Below are positions 37,947 to 49,945 of a stretch of DNA of 64,000 nt, piece by piece (within the stretch, counting starts at the first letter, position 1; every line of letters starts with the position of its first letter). The notes beneath the pieces were generated by a model that searched no databases, had not been told where the DNA came from, and saw nothing but the letters and a program-made list of their open reading frames with translations. The stretch lies in contig NW_024056013.1 of assembly GCF_902713615.1 (NCBI RefSeq), positions 1-64,000 of the forward strand. Direction: 5' to 3'. This stretch comes from Scyliorhinus canicula. Its lineage: Eukaryota. A program made the position numbers and the translations under genes.

Positions 37947-38545
37947 GATTGTCTTTCAGAAGAAACCTTCCAATCTCACCCCATCTGCTCTTGCAGCTGG
38001 ACATAAAGGTTCTGCTGATGATATTTCGAAGGAGGAAGTTCTCTCGGGTGAACTACTCACTATAAAGCCCTCGGTGATGAACACTGAACAGATAATCTGG
38101 TCATAATCACAGTTCTGTTTTGAACTCACTTTCTTGCTTCACAGATGCTGCCTGACCTGCTGAGTATTTCCAGCATCTTATTTGTGTTTGTTGGAGCCTT
38201 GTGTAAGCAATCTGGCTGCTGCATTTCCTACATTACAGCAGGGACTACACTTCAAAAGAACCTCATTGTCTGTAAAGCACTTTGGGACATCCTGAAGTTG
38301 TGAGAGGCGCTATATAAATACAAGTCTTCCATTAACAAAGGAGAAAAGACCCAACATTGGAACAGTCGGTAACAGGCCATCAATCAGTCTCCTCTTATCA
38401 AGGACTCCAACACTGCGTTTAATGCAATTCATGTCCATTCTATTAATCCCTCTAACTGGGCTGGAGTTTAACAACAAGGGAAATAAATCTGAACTGTCAG
38501 AGTGAACATGGTTCATTCCTGGGTGTAGGAATCCAATCCCTGCAA

Positions 38546-39304
38546 TCACAAGTGAACTCTCTGGTGTTTCAGACGAGCGGATGGCTGAGTGAATCCTCTG
38601 CCACACACGGGGCAGGTGAACGGCTTCTCCCCAGAATGGATTCGCTGGTGTTTCATCAAATCCCTTCTGCTTTTAAAGCTCTTCTCACAGTCAAAACATT
38701 GAAATGGTCTCTCATCAGTGTGAACAAGTGTATGTGTCCTAAGCTGCGATTTTGCAGCAAATCCCTTCCCACACTCAGCACAGGTAAAGGGTTTCTCTCC
38801 AGTGTGAATTCGCTGGTGATTCTGAAAATTCGGTAAATTAGTGAAACTCTTCCCACACTCCGTGCAGGTGAATGCTTTCTCTTCAGTGTGAACACGCTGG
38901 TGTCTAAGAAGATGCGATGATCTAATAAATCCCTTCCCACACACAGAGCAGACGAACGGCCTCTCACCAGTGTGGACACGCTTGTGTAGAGTGAGGTGGG
39001 AAGAACAAGTGAATCTCTGCCCGCACTCAGAGCAGTGGAATGGTCTCTCCCCAGTGTGAACCCGTAGATGTTCAGTGAGGTGGGATGAACACCGGAAGCT
39101 TTTCCCGCACTGAGAGCAATCGTACGGTTTCTCTCCAGTGTGAACTCGCTGGTGTGTCATTAGGCTGGATGACTGAGTGAATTCCTTTCCACAAGTGGAG
39201 CAGGTGAACAACTTCTCTCCAGTGTGCCTGCGTTTATGAGTTTCCAGTGCAGATGGGAAGCTGAAACCCTTCCCACAGACCCCACATTTCCACGGTTTCA
39301 CCAT
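38546..39304 (-). CDS. C2H2 zinc-finger protein, 9 diverse fingers
   Basis: Intact 252-aa ORF MVKPWKCGVC..., gccATGg context. Confidence 0.9.
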   Translation of the reverse strand: MVKPWKCGVCGKGFSFPSALETHKRRHTGEKLFTCSTCGKEFTQSSSLMTHQRVHTGEKPYDCSQCGKSFRCSSHLTEHLRVHTGERPFHCSECGQRFTCSSHLTLHKRVHTGERPFVCSVCGKGFIRSSHLLRHQRVHTEEKAFTCTECGKSFTNLPNFQNHQRIHTGEKPFTCAECGKGFAAKSQLRTHTLVHTDERPFQCFDCEKSFKSRRDLMKHQRIHSGEKPFTCPVCGRGFTQPSARLKHQRVHL

Positions 39305-40169
39305 GGCGTCACTAGATTGGATAATCAGTTAAAGCTTGTTGATACAGAGAATGATTGTACGGTGTCTCCCCACTGTGAATTATGTGATTTTTTTTCAGGC
39401 TGTGTAATAGTTGAAGCTCTTTCCACAGTCAGTTCACTGGAACTCTCACTCGGGTGTGTATTGTGTGGCTTTCAGTGCTTTTCCAGTCACACTGATGTTT
39501 CCAGTCAGTTCACTGGAACTCTCTCACTCGGGTGTGTGTTGTGTGGGTCTCGGTGCTTTTCCAGTCACACTGATGTTTCAGATCCTTTCCTGCTGATGTT
39601 CAACTCATGATGAATGTGTGAAAACCTCTTCTTCCAATGCCCTGTAAAAGGAGTTTACTGTGTCAGTACCACTGTCTGCCAGGATAGAAATTCAGAACAA
39701 ATAATTCTAATTTCTACGGAATATTCTTCCCTCTCTTATTTCCCCAAATATGTTGCCCAATTAAAGTAAAAGAAAGCAAAATCACAACAAAAACAAGGAA
39801 AACTTTTAAACTAAACCAAAATGTTGCTTTCAGTATCTCAGAAGCACTCTGCACCCTGAGGTAACAAACAATTGTGGAAGGTATCAAGTTTACCGGTGGA
39901 CACCTCATCTTCCCGTTCCAGGGTCACCTAAACATGGACAAGACGATGGAAGAGGGTCCAGCAGCCAGAGGAAGCCCTACGTTCTCTCCCATAGGGCTCA
40001 CCAATCTGGATCAACAAATTGGTGCTTTGAGCAGACCCTTCGCTCCGACTAGCCCAGTCCCCTCTGTGCAGCAAAGCTAGGAATGTGGAGTTAACGTTTC
40101 ACATTAATTTACAAGCAGCCCCTTCCGGTAACTATCCAGGGGCTGTAACCTCCCGAACAGAATCCCCAC

Positions 40170-40600
40170 AGTGCAGGAGGCCCGCCCATTCTCTCTTACG
40201 TCACCCAGTCTCGAGCGCATGCGCTCTTCTCCTCACTAAACCAAGATGGCGGCCGTTCACCCGGGCCTGATCCCAAGCACAGATCACAGAGCCACACACT
40301 CGCTACCTCAGAGTCTTATTTAGGGTCTGTGGCCTTCACTTAAGATTGAGAAACTATCCCCGTCCGGAGCTGGCTCCATCGCTCCCCCTGGGGTTCCATA
40401 TCCTGACCAGTTTACTGCAGCCCATCAACGCCACCACTTACCGTTTCCCTCCGACTCGGAACAGTCACCCAGAATGCCCCGCGGCGGGCTGGCCCCGGAG
40501 CATGCGCACTCAGGGTCTGGGCCATGAGAGTTTGATCGAGCGGTGTCTATGCCGCGGGGGATTGTGGGAACTATGGCCACCATTCATCAGCTCCAGTAGG
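40170..40600. promoter_or_regulatory. CpG-island promoter with CRE, NRF1, YY1 and two ZNF143-like sites
   Basis: ttacgtca 40196, gcgcatgcgc 40215, caagatggcggc 40242, cccagaatgccccgcg 40468, reverse ttcccacaatcccccgcg at about 40553-40570. Confidence 0.72.
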
Positions 40601-41039
40601 AAAGTGTTTTATTGGAGGTTGACCGCAGATCAGACCTGAACCTGTAATAATGTATCTTTCTCTACACAGATGCGGTCTAACCTGATTAGTATGTCCAGCT
40701 CTTTATATTTTGATATTCCAACATTTGCAATGTTTTTGCTTTTTAAAATGTCATTCATATGATGTTGGCGTCGCTGGCTAGCCCGTCCATAATTGCCCTT
40801 GAGCAGGTGGTGACGAGCTGCCTTGCTGAAATGCTGCAGTACATGTGGTGTAGGTACAGCCACAGTGCTATTAGGGAAAGAGTTCCAGGATCTTGGCCCT
40901 GTGAAGTGAAGGAACAGCTATATATTTCCAATTCAGGAGTGGCTTGGAGGGGACCTTCCAGGTGGTCGGATTTCCATGTTTCTGTTGCCGCTATCCTTTG
41001 TGAATGTGGCTTTGAAAAGTGCTGCATAAGGAGCCTTTA

Positions 41040-41470
41040 GAAGGATGAGAGGGGATCTTATTGAAACGTACAAGATACTGCGAGGCCTGGATAGAGTGAA
41101 TGTGGAGAGGATGTTTCCACTTGTAGGAAAAACTAGAACCAGAGGACACCATCTCAGATTAAAGGGACGATCCTTCAAAGCAGAGGTGAGGAGGAATTGT
41201 TTCAGCCAGAGAGTGGTGAATCTGTGGAACTCTTTGCCGCAGAAGGCTGTGGAGACCAACTCTTTGCCGCAGAATGCTGTGGAGACCAAGTCACTGAGTG
41301 TCTTTAAGACATTCACTGAGATAGATAGGTTCTTAATTAATAAGGGGATCAGGGGTTATGGGGAGAAGGCAGGAGAATGAGGATGAGAAAATATCAGCCA
41401 TGATTGAATGGCGGAGCAGACTCGATGGGCCAAGTGGCCTAATTCTACTCCAATATCTTATGGTCTTATG
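41040..41470 (+). mobile_element. CR1/HER1 LINE 3' end
   Basis: MRGDLIETYKILRGLD..FSQRVVNLWNSLP; (tcttatgg)n tail. Confidence 0.9.
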
Positions 41471-41623
41471 GTACACCCTGCTGCCGTTGTTCTGGAGGGA
41501 GTGGATGTTTGTGGATTGATTGCCAAGCAAACAAACTGCTTTGTCCTGGATAGTGTCACGTTTCTTGAGTGTTGTGGGAAAAAGTGAAGGGTATTCCATT
41601 ACACTCCTGACTTGTGTCTTGTA

Positions 41624-41940
41624 TGGCACGGTAGCACAGAGGTTCACACTGTTGCTTCATAGCGCCAGGGTCCCAGGTTTGATTCCCGGCTTGGGTCATA
41701 GTCTGTGCAGAGTCTGCATGTGCTCCCTGCGTCTGCGTGGGTTTCCTCCGGGTGCTCCGGTTTCCTCCCACAAGTCTCGAAAGATGTGCTGTTAGATGAA
41801 TTGGACATTCTAAATTCTCCCCCCCCCCCCCCCCCCGTGTACCAAGCAGGTGCCCAAATGTGGCGACTAGGGGCTTTTCACAGTAGCTTCATTGCAGTGT
41901 TAATGTAAGCCTACTTGTGACAATAAATATTATTATTATT
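41624..41940 (+). mobile_element. V-domain SINE with alternative tail ending (tat)n
   Basis: V-domain followed by gtggcgactaggggcttttcacagtagcttcattgcag... Confidence 0.85.
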
Positions 41941-43064
41941 GTAGATGTTGGACAGTCTTTGGGGAGCCAGGAGGAAGGTTACTTGCCACAGGATTCCTAG
42001 CTTCTGATCCGCTCTTGTAGCCATGGTATTCTATGGGTAGTCCAATCCAGGTTCAGGTGAATGGTACCGCCCACAATGTTGATAATGCTGTATTTTGTTT
42101 TATTACAGATGTTGCTCACAGAACTGAGTCTGGCAACACAGACCAATTAAAGGCTGTGTTAAAGTCAGCAAATCTATTTCAGTTGAGACTTTTTTATCCT
42201 TTTAACATCTGCAATATTTTTAAAAAGTTAATTATTGGGACATGGGCATTGCTAACATGACCAGCAACCCACCAAGCCTCTTCTGAAAGCACTTTCCAAC
42301 TCCCTTAACTTACAAGGATATGAACAGCAGGTAGCATGGGAACATCACAACCTGCAATTACCCTTCCAAGCCACACACCATTCTGACTTGTAGGTATGTT
42401 GCTGTGCCTTCACTGTCTCTGGGTTAAAGTCCTAGAATTCCTACACCAACAGTACTGAGACTGCAGCGATTAATGAAGGAAGGTCACCCCCAACTTTGGA
42501 AGGACAATTAGGATGGACAACAAATGCTGGTTTTGTCAACAATGCTCACATCCCATGAAAAAATTAAAACAATCTACTGACAATCAGCAGTTTCCCCTTG
42601 ACGGTGATGTTTAGTCAATTGCTGCAATCTGAGTGGTGAAGGTGCTCTCACAGTGGTATGAGGTAACAAGTTACAGGATTATCACCCAGGAACAATGAAT
42701 TAATGCCGATGTAAGTCCAAGTCAGGTTGGTTTGAGATTGGAAGGGGAAGTTGAAGGTGATGGTATTCCTGTGTATTTTGAGCTGATGAATGTTGTGGCT
42801 GGGGCAGGTTCTCTGAAAGTTCTTGTCGAGTTCTAGATATTTCAAGTCCTTATCGTTCATTTCCTCCCACTTTCACCTCTCGTCCTTCTCCAGTGAAGCT
42901 ACATTGTTGTGTAGGTCTAGACCGGGTGGCAGGTCCTTTCCTTGATGGACATTAGTGAAATAGTTGGATTTTTAGGACAATCCAGCAGTTTGCATGGTCT
43001 AACAGTCACTTGATGCATCACAGCCTGAACCATCAGCTTTTGTACATAACATCAAAAAGCACTA

Positions 43065-44423
43065 TTTGGGAGAATCTGTTTTTGTGTTCTGTGTGTGGAC
43101 CAAGCTTCAGCTGATCATCAAATAGGCAGCATAGTAGCACAATGATTAGCACTGTTGCTTCACAGAGCCAGGGTCCCAGGTTTGATTCCCGGTTTAGGTC
43201 ACTGTCTGTGCAGAGTCTGCACGTTCTCCACATGTCTGCGTGGGTTTCAACCAGCTGCTCTGCTTTACTCCCTCAAGAGCTGTTGGGTTATTTGGACATT
43301 CTGAATTCTCTCTGTGTGTACCCGAACAGGCATCAGAGTGTGGTGACTAGGGGCTATTCACAGTAACCTCATTGCAGTGTCAATGTAAGCCTACTTGTGA
43401 CAATAAAGATTATTAATTAAACGTGATCATGCAAATGTTGTCCCATCAGGGAGAAACCGTGAAAATGTGGAGGCTGTGGGAAGGGATTCAATTATCCATC
43501 TGAGCTGAATATTCATCAACGCAGTCACACCGGGAAGAGAGCATTCACCAGCTCTGCATGTGAGAAAGGGTTCACTAAATGGGGCCTCACGGTAGCATGG
43601 TGGTTAGCATCAATGCTTCACAGCTCCAGGGTCCCAGGTTCGATTCCCGGCTGGGTCACTGTCTGTGTGGAGTCTGCACGTCCTCCCCGTGTGTGCGTGG
43701 GTTTCCTCCGGGTGCTCCGGTTTCCTCCCACAGTCCAAAGATGTGCGGGTTAGGTGGATTGGCCATGCTAAATTGCCCGTAGTGTAAGGTTAATGGGGGG
43801 ATTGTTGGGATACGGGTTACGTGGGTTTAAGTGGGGTGATCATTGCTCGGCACAACATCGAGGGCCGAAGGGCCTGTTCTGTGCTGTACTGTTCTATGTT
43901 CTATAAATCATCCAACCTTCTGAGACACCATTGAGTTCACACTCGGGAGAGACTGTTCACCTGCTCTGTGTGTTGGAAAGGCTTCACAACCTCATCCCAC
44001 CTCCTGTCACACCACCATATTTACAATGAAGAGAGACCTTTCCAATGTTCCGACTGTGAGAAAAACTATAAAAGGAAAAGTGATCTGTTGAGCCATAAAC
44101 TCACAAACACTGGGGAGAAGCTGTTCATCTGCTCTGTTTCTGGGAAAGGATTCGCCCGTTCATTCGACCTGCTGACCTACCAACTTGTTCATACTAATAA
44201 GAGGCCGTTTAAATATCCTGACTGTGAGAAGAGCTTTAAAAGCCGGAAGGATCTGCTGACACATGAACACACTCACACCAGGGAGTCACCTTTGAGCTGC
44301 TCTTTCTGTGGGAAAGGTTTTACTTGGAAGTCCAATCTACTTAAGCACCAGTGGATTCACACTGGGGAGAGGCCGTTCATCTGCTCAGTGTGTGGGAGGG
44401 CATTCATTCACTCTCCCACATGA
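43065..44423 (+). pseudogene. ZNF pseudogene with stops, lost Cys/His residues and SINE insertions
   Basis: gagaaaccgTGAaaatgt (W>stop), no ATG, SINEs at 43124-43415 and 43581-43903, degenerate fingers in ORF 43968..44423. Confidence 0.85.
43581..43903 (+). mobile_element. Young V-domain SINE inside a ZNF finger
   Basis: Consensus-like V-domain; flanked by ctaaat / ctataaat (short TSD taaat). Confidence 0.9.
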
Positions 44424-44603
44424 AATGAAATGAAAATCGCTTATTGTCACGAGTAGGCTTCAATGAAGTTACTGTGAAAAGCCCCTAGTCGCCACATTCC
44501 GGCACCTGTCCGGGGAGGCTGGTACGGGAATCGAACCGTGCTGCTGGCCCGCTTGGTCTGCTTTAAAAGCCAGCGATTTAGCTGAGTGAGCTAAACCAGC
44601 CCC
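44421..44603 (-). mobile_element. Short tRNA-derived SINE truncating the ZNF pseudogene
   Basis: (tgaaa)n reverse tail provides TGA; head ggggctggtttagctca on the minus strand. Confidence 0.8.
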
Positions 44604-45439
44604 TCTTGATGTCCTCCTGAGGGGAAATAGCTTTTCATTATTTACCCTGTCCAAACCCCTCAGGATCTTGATTACCTCTACAACTCTCCAATCAGCCTTC
44701 TTTTCTCCAAGGAAAACAGACCCAACCTCTCCTCATAGCTCCAGTTATTTCTCCCTGGAATAATTCTTGTGAATTTTCTCTGGACTCTGTACTCCAATGC
44801 CTTCACATCCTTCCTCAAGTTTAAAAAAATAATTTCATGGGGATGTGGTGTCTCTGGCTGGGCTTTTACTGCCCATCATTAATTGCCCTTGAGCTGAGTG
44901 GTTTGCTCAGCCATTTCAGAGGGCATTTTAAGAGTCAACCACTTTGCTGTGGGTCTGGTGACACATGTGGGCCACACCAAGTAAGGGCAGGAGATTTTCT
45001 TCCCTCATTGAAGCCTACTCATGACAATAAGCGATTTTCATTTATTTCATTTCATTTAAAGGACAAGAGTGAACCAGGTGAGTTTTTAATTGATTTTTTT
45101 TGTTGTTTTCATAAATTTAGAGTACCCAATTCATTTTTGCCAATTACGAGGCAATTTAGCGTGGCCAATCTACCTAACCTACACATCTTTGTGTGTGGGG
45201 GCGAAACCTACGTAAACATGGGGAGAATGTGCATAACTCCACACGAACAGTAACCCAGCGCCGGGATTGAACCTGGGACCTCAGCGCCGTGAGGCAGCAG
45301 TGCTGCCCCCAGATAGGTTTTTCTGACAATCGACGATGGTTTCATGGTCATCATTGGACTTTCAATTCAAGATTTTAAAATATTGAATTCACAATCCACT
45401 ATTCCAAATACTAAGAAATTAATTTCTGGACGAAAAATT

Positions 45440-46965
45440 GTGAGTTCTTCCAAGATGTAACAAGCAAAGTGGATAATGGGGATCCTGTAGATGTAGTATA
45501 TCTGGACTTCGTGAAGGCGTTTGATAAGTTGCCGCACAGAAGGTTAATTGACAAGGTGAGATCACATGGGATTAGGGGTAATTTATTAGCTTAGATAGAA
45601 GACTGGCTGACAGACAGGAGACAGAGAGTCAGGATAAATGGTTCTTTTCTGGATGGGAATATGTAAATAGTGGGGTGCCACGGGGTTCAGTCCTTGGGCC
45701 CCAGCTATTTACAATCTATATTAACAACTTGGATACAGGGATAGGAGGTTCTATAGCCAAATTCGCAGATTACACGAAAATAAGTGGGACAGTAAACTGC
45801 AATGAGAAAATAAGAACCTTACAAATGGATATAGATAGGTTAGGAGAGTGGGCCAAAATGTGGCAGATGGAGTTTAATGTGGATAAGTGTGAGGCCATGC
45901 ATTTTGGTCAGAAAAAATGGAAAGGTGGCCTATTAACTAAATGGGGAGAGACTTCGGGGTGTTCCTATGCAGAGGGATCTGGGTGTCCTTGTGCATGAGT
46001 CACAGAAAACGAGCATGCAGGTGCTGCAGATAATAAGGAAAGCAAAGGGAATGTTAGCAAAAGGAACTGAGTAAGGAAGTGTTGTTGCACCTATACAAGG
46101 CATTGTCAAGACCGCACCTGGAGTATTGTGCACAGTTTTGTCCCCTTATTTGAGGAAAGATGTAGTGGCATTAGAGGCAGTTCAGAGGAGCTTCACTAGA
46201 TTGATTCTAGAGATGAGGGTTTTGTCGTATGAGGAGAGATTGAACAGTTTAGGCCTATACTCTCTAGAGTTTAGAAGAATGAGGGGAGATTTAATTGAGT
46301 TAAAGAAGATGTTAAAAGGTATGGATAGTGGGCGGCAGGTAGCACAGTGGTTCGCATTGTTGCTTCACAGCGCCAGCGTCCCAGGTTCGATTCCTGGCTT
46401 AGGTCCCTGTCTGTGCAGAGTCTGCACATTCTCCCCGTGTTGGCGTGGCTTTCCTCTGGGCGCTTCCGTTTCCTCCCGAAAGTCCCAAAAGCCGTGCTGG
46501 TGGTTAATTTGGGCATTCTGAATTCTCCCTCTATATACCTGAAAAGGTGTCGGAATGGGCGACTCGGGGATTGCCACCGTAACTTCATTACAGTGTTAAT
46601 GTAAGCCTATTTGTGCCAATAATGAAGATTATAAAGTAGACGTGGAGCTGATGCTTCCTCTTGTGGGGCATTTTAAATGAAAGTTCATAATCTTAGAATA
46701 AGAGGTCGCAAATTTAAAACAGATTTGAAGAGAAACTACTTCTCCAAAAGGGTTGTGAATCTGTGGAATTCTCTACCCCAGAGTGCGGTGGATGAAGGGA
46801 CAGTGAATGAATTCAAAGTGGAGTTAGACAGATTTTTAATTGGTAATGAGTTGAAGGCTTATGGAGGACAGTGGAATTGAGCCCAGGATGGGATCAGCCA
46901 TGATCACATTGAAAGTGTTTAGGCTTGGGAGGCTGCATTGCCTACTCCTCGGTCATGTGTTCTTA
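45440..46965 (+). mobile_element. CR1/HER1 LINE RT to 3' end, nested V-SINE 46330-46632
   Basis: PRGSVLGPQLFTIYINNLD..KFADYTK; EAVQRSFTRLI. Confidence 0.9.
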
Positions 46966-47117
46966 GGAGGAGATGCTCTGGCTGATTTTGCAATCCCGCT
47001 CTTGGTCTTTAGCATTGTAGATAGTAGATGAGGAACATATCAGCTATGATAGAATGGCAGAGCAGATTCGATGGGCCAAATGGCCTAATTCTGCTCATGT
47101 ATCTTATGAACTTATGA

Positions 47118-47303
47118 CTGCAGTAAGAAGTCTTACAACGCCACATTAAAGTCCCAACAGGTTTGTTTCAAATTACTAGCTTTCGGAGCACTGCTCCTTC
47201 CTCTGAAAGCTAGTTATTTGAAACAAACCTGTTGGAAATTAACCTGGTGTTGCAAGACTTCTTACTGTGCTCACCCCAGTCCAACAGCAGCATCTCCACA
47301 TCA
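47118..47303. mobile_element. Inverted pair of PLE pLTR ends
   Basis: cagtaagaagtctt...ctagctttcggagcactgctccttcctc joined to tgaaagctagtt...gacttcttactg. Confidence 0.8.
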
Positions 47304-47859
47304 GAACTTCTGACTGTACACAGAACAATACTTTTCATTGTACCTCAGTACATGTGACAATAAAACAAATACAATACAAACAAGCCTTGTTTACCCATCC
47401 CTATGTGCTCATTTTCCTTTTAAGAAGTTCCAAAAGTTGAAATTTCCCATTCTTCTTTTCCTATAGTTGTGATCATCCTGATCTCTGTAATCTCCTCACA
47501 CACACCTCTTCAATTTAATTTAATTCCGGCCACGACAGCATTCCTGATTTTATTCGGTCCACCATTACTGGCCTTTTATTATTTGACTGGGCTAGAAGTT
47601 CTGGAATGTCCTCCTTAAAACTCTCCGACTCACTCACTCACTTTCCTCCATTAAGGTTCTCCTTTAAATCTAATATTGCTCAGTGTCAATTGTTATTTTA
47701 TAATGTTTCTCTGAGATGTGTGAAAACGCTTTATTCTGTCAAGACACAATAAATACGAATTATTGTCACTGCCCTGGACATGTATCATTGTTCTGAGTCA
47801 TAAATAAGAATTGTAACTCAGAGTGAAACAGTCTGTCATGAAAAAACATTTAGAAAATG

Positions 47860-48560
47860 TTGCTCCCAACAATGATGGCGACTGAGCCTGAACTGCGCTG
47901 GCTGCTGCCCCCAATAAAGATGGTGGGTGTGCGTGCGCACTGCTGCCAGTGCCGCAATAAGGTTGACGACTGCGCAACCCTCCAGTGCGCGCGAGGGAGA
48001 TGGCGTCCCCATTGTCTCGTCTGTGAGAAAGCCATGTCCCCCGATAGGTTAGTTTTCCGGATTTTCGGTTTATATAACATGTTTAATAAGTGTGTCCAAC
48101 GATGTGCCTAATCGAGCTCTCCCTCCGTCCCGCCATCCCCACCTTTACGGATTGTGGATCCGAGAAAACAACTATCTGTGCCGCCATTAATCGCACTGCG
48201 CATGCTTCACACGGCCCAGTCCCGCCCCCTCATTCACTCCGATTGGCTGGAGGACCAGCCACTTTTGACCGGTCTTCCGAATCCGTCCCTGAACCCTAAT
48301 GGTCAGGAGCTGCCGTCAATCACTCTGGCCATTGTCAGGTGAGAGGTCAGTGTCGGGGGCTGGGTTTAGAATCCCGAGTGCGGCCCCAGAGCCGAATGAA
48401 ACAATGAACATTCTCCACTCTAACTGTCCGTCACTTCCGGCTTCTCTCCACAAACAACATCATAGAGACCAGCGTTGCCGCCACACAGCGGGAGATGCCG
48501 GAGTCCATGCGGCGGACCGAGGTGATCTGCAGGCTGTCTCCCGGCACAGTTGGGGAAATA
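47860..48560 (+). promoter_or_regulatory. CpG-island promoter of the 49946 ZNF gene
   Basis: Contains the family module (ccgccccctcattcactccgattggctggaggacc...gccgtcaatca) at 48195-48330, donor-like caggtgag, ETS-like cacttccgg. Confidence 0.65.
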
Positions 48561-48651
48561 TTTATACATGAAAGATGACTTCATTCTCACTCCACCATAT
48601 AAATATTTCCCACTTTCTCCCTCTTTTAGCTTTCATGTGGAGATGCTGGCG

Positions 48652-48688
48652 TTCACCTGAGGAAGGAGCTGCGCTCCGAAAGCTTGTG
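48652..48688 (+). ncRNA. Minimal hammerhead motif in a short PLE derivative (48634-48739, 10-bp TSD)
   Basis: uucac-CUGAGGA-aggagcugcgcucc-GAAA-gcuu-gug; TSD ttttagcttt at 48624-48633 and 48740-48749. Confidence 0.72.
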
Positions 48689-49945
48689 TTTGAAACAAAC
48701 CTGTTGGACTTTAACCTGGTGTTGTAAGACTTCTTACTGTTTTAGCTTTGACAAAGGGTCATCTGGACTCCAAGCGTTAACTCTTTTCTCTCCCTACAGG
48801 TGCTGCCAGACCTGCTGAGATTTTCCAGCATTTTCTCTTTGATTTGCTGTGACCTCCTGGACAGGAAGCTGTGAGCATGGATCTGTCAATCAGCCTGAAT
48901 CAGCACCTTCAGGAGAATAGGGAGGGTGAATAGCGCCGTAGTGTGGTGACTTGGGTTTTTCACAGTAACTTCATTGCAGCGTTAATGTAAGCCTACTTGT
49001 GACACTAATAAAGATTATTATTATTATTAGATACAGCAGATTCACCTGAGGAAGGAGCAGTGCTCGTGTTTGAAACAAACCTGTTGGACTTTAAACTGGT
49101 GTTGTAAGACTTCTTACAGCAGATAAAGAATTGACGGCGAGAGGCTGCACGGTGGCACAGTGGTTAGCACTGCAACCTCACTCCGCCGAGGTCCCAGGTT
49201 CGATCCTGGCTCTCGGTCACTGTTCATGTGGAGTTTGCACATTCTCCCCGTGTCTGCTTGCGTTTCGCCCCGACAACCCAAAGATGTGCAGGGTAGGTGG
49301 ATTGGCCACGCTAAGTTGCCCCTTAATTGGAAAAAAATGAATTGGGTACTTTAAATTTATTTTAAAAAGAGAATGGAGGGAGTGTGTGGGATGAAGATTT
49401 GCAGCTTTCGGGGAATAAGAGGAAGAAATATGACATAGAAACTAGAATTGTCTGTTCTGACTTTCTATCCTGTTTTGACAGTGATGAATTTTGTAAAATG
49501 TTTTTACAGGATATTAGATGAGGAGGAATTACAGACAGAAATCTCAAACGTTACATCTCGATCTGATGGTCACTCGATTCCCTGGAACCTGAATTTCCTT
49601 AAACTATGAATGTAGAATGCAAAATGTTTGCCCGAACTGTCAGCTAAAGATTTCAAACATCTGTGTGACTGGAAAAGCACCGAGACCCACACAACACACA
49701 CCCAAGTGAGAGTTTCAGTGAACTGACTGTAGAAACATCAGTGTGACTGGAAAAGCACCGAGACCCACACAACACACACCCGAGTGAGAGTTTCAGTGAA
49801 CTGACTGTAGAAATAGCTTTAACCAGTTACACAGTCTGAAAAACATAACACCATTCAGAGCGGGACGAGATCGCACCCGTGTTGTGTCTTTGGATGAGGC
49901 TTCAACTGATTGACCAGCCTGGAGAGACACAAAGAGACCCAAAAC

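Larger units (their letters stand above)
35672..38330 (+). mobile_element. Deu-domain (SacSINE1-like) SINE split by a minisatellite
   Basis: tRNA-like head ctctgagtcaggaggatgtgggttcaa at about 35700; body and L2-like tail gcactttgggacatcctgaag...gcgctatataaatacaagt at 37945-38330. Confidence 0.7.

Noticed and set aside
47172-47210. Active hammerheads at 47172, 49041, 25215 and 9145
   Set aside because: Core nucleotides mutated or deleted (CUGA or GAAA lost)
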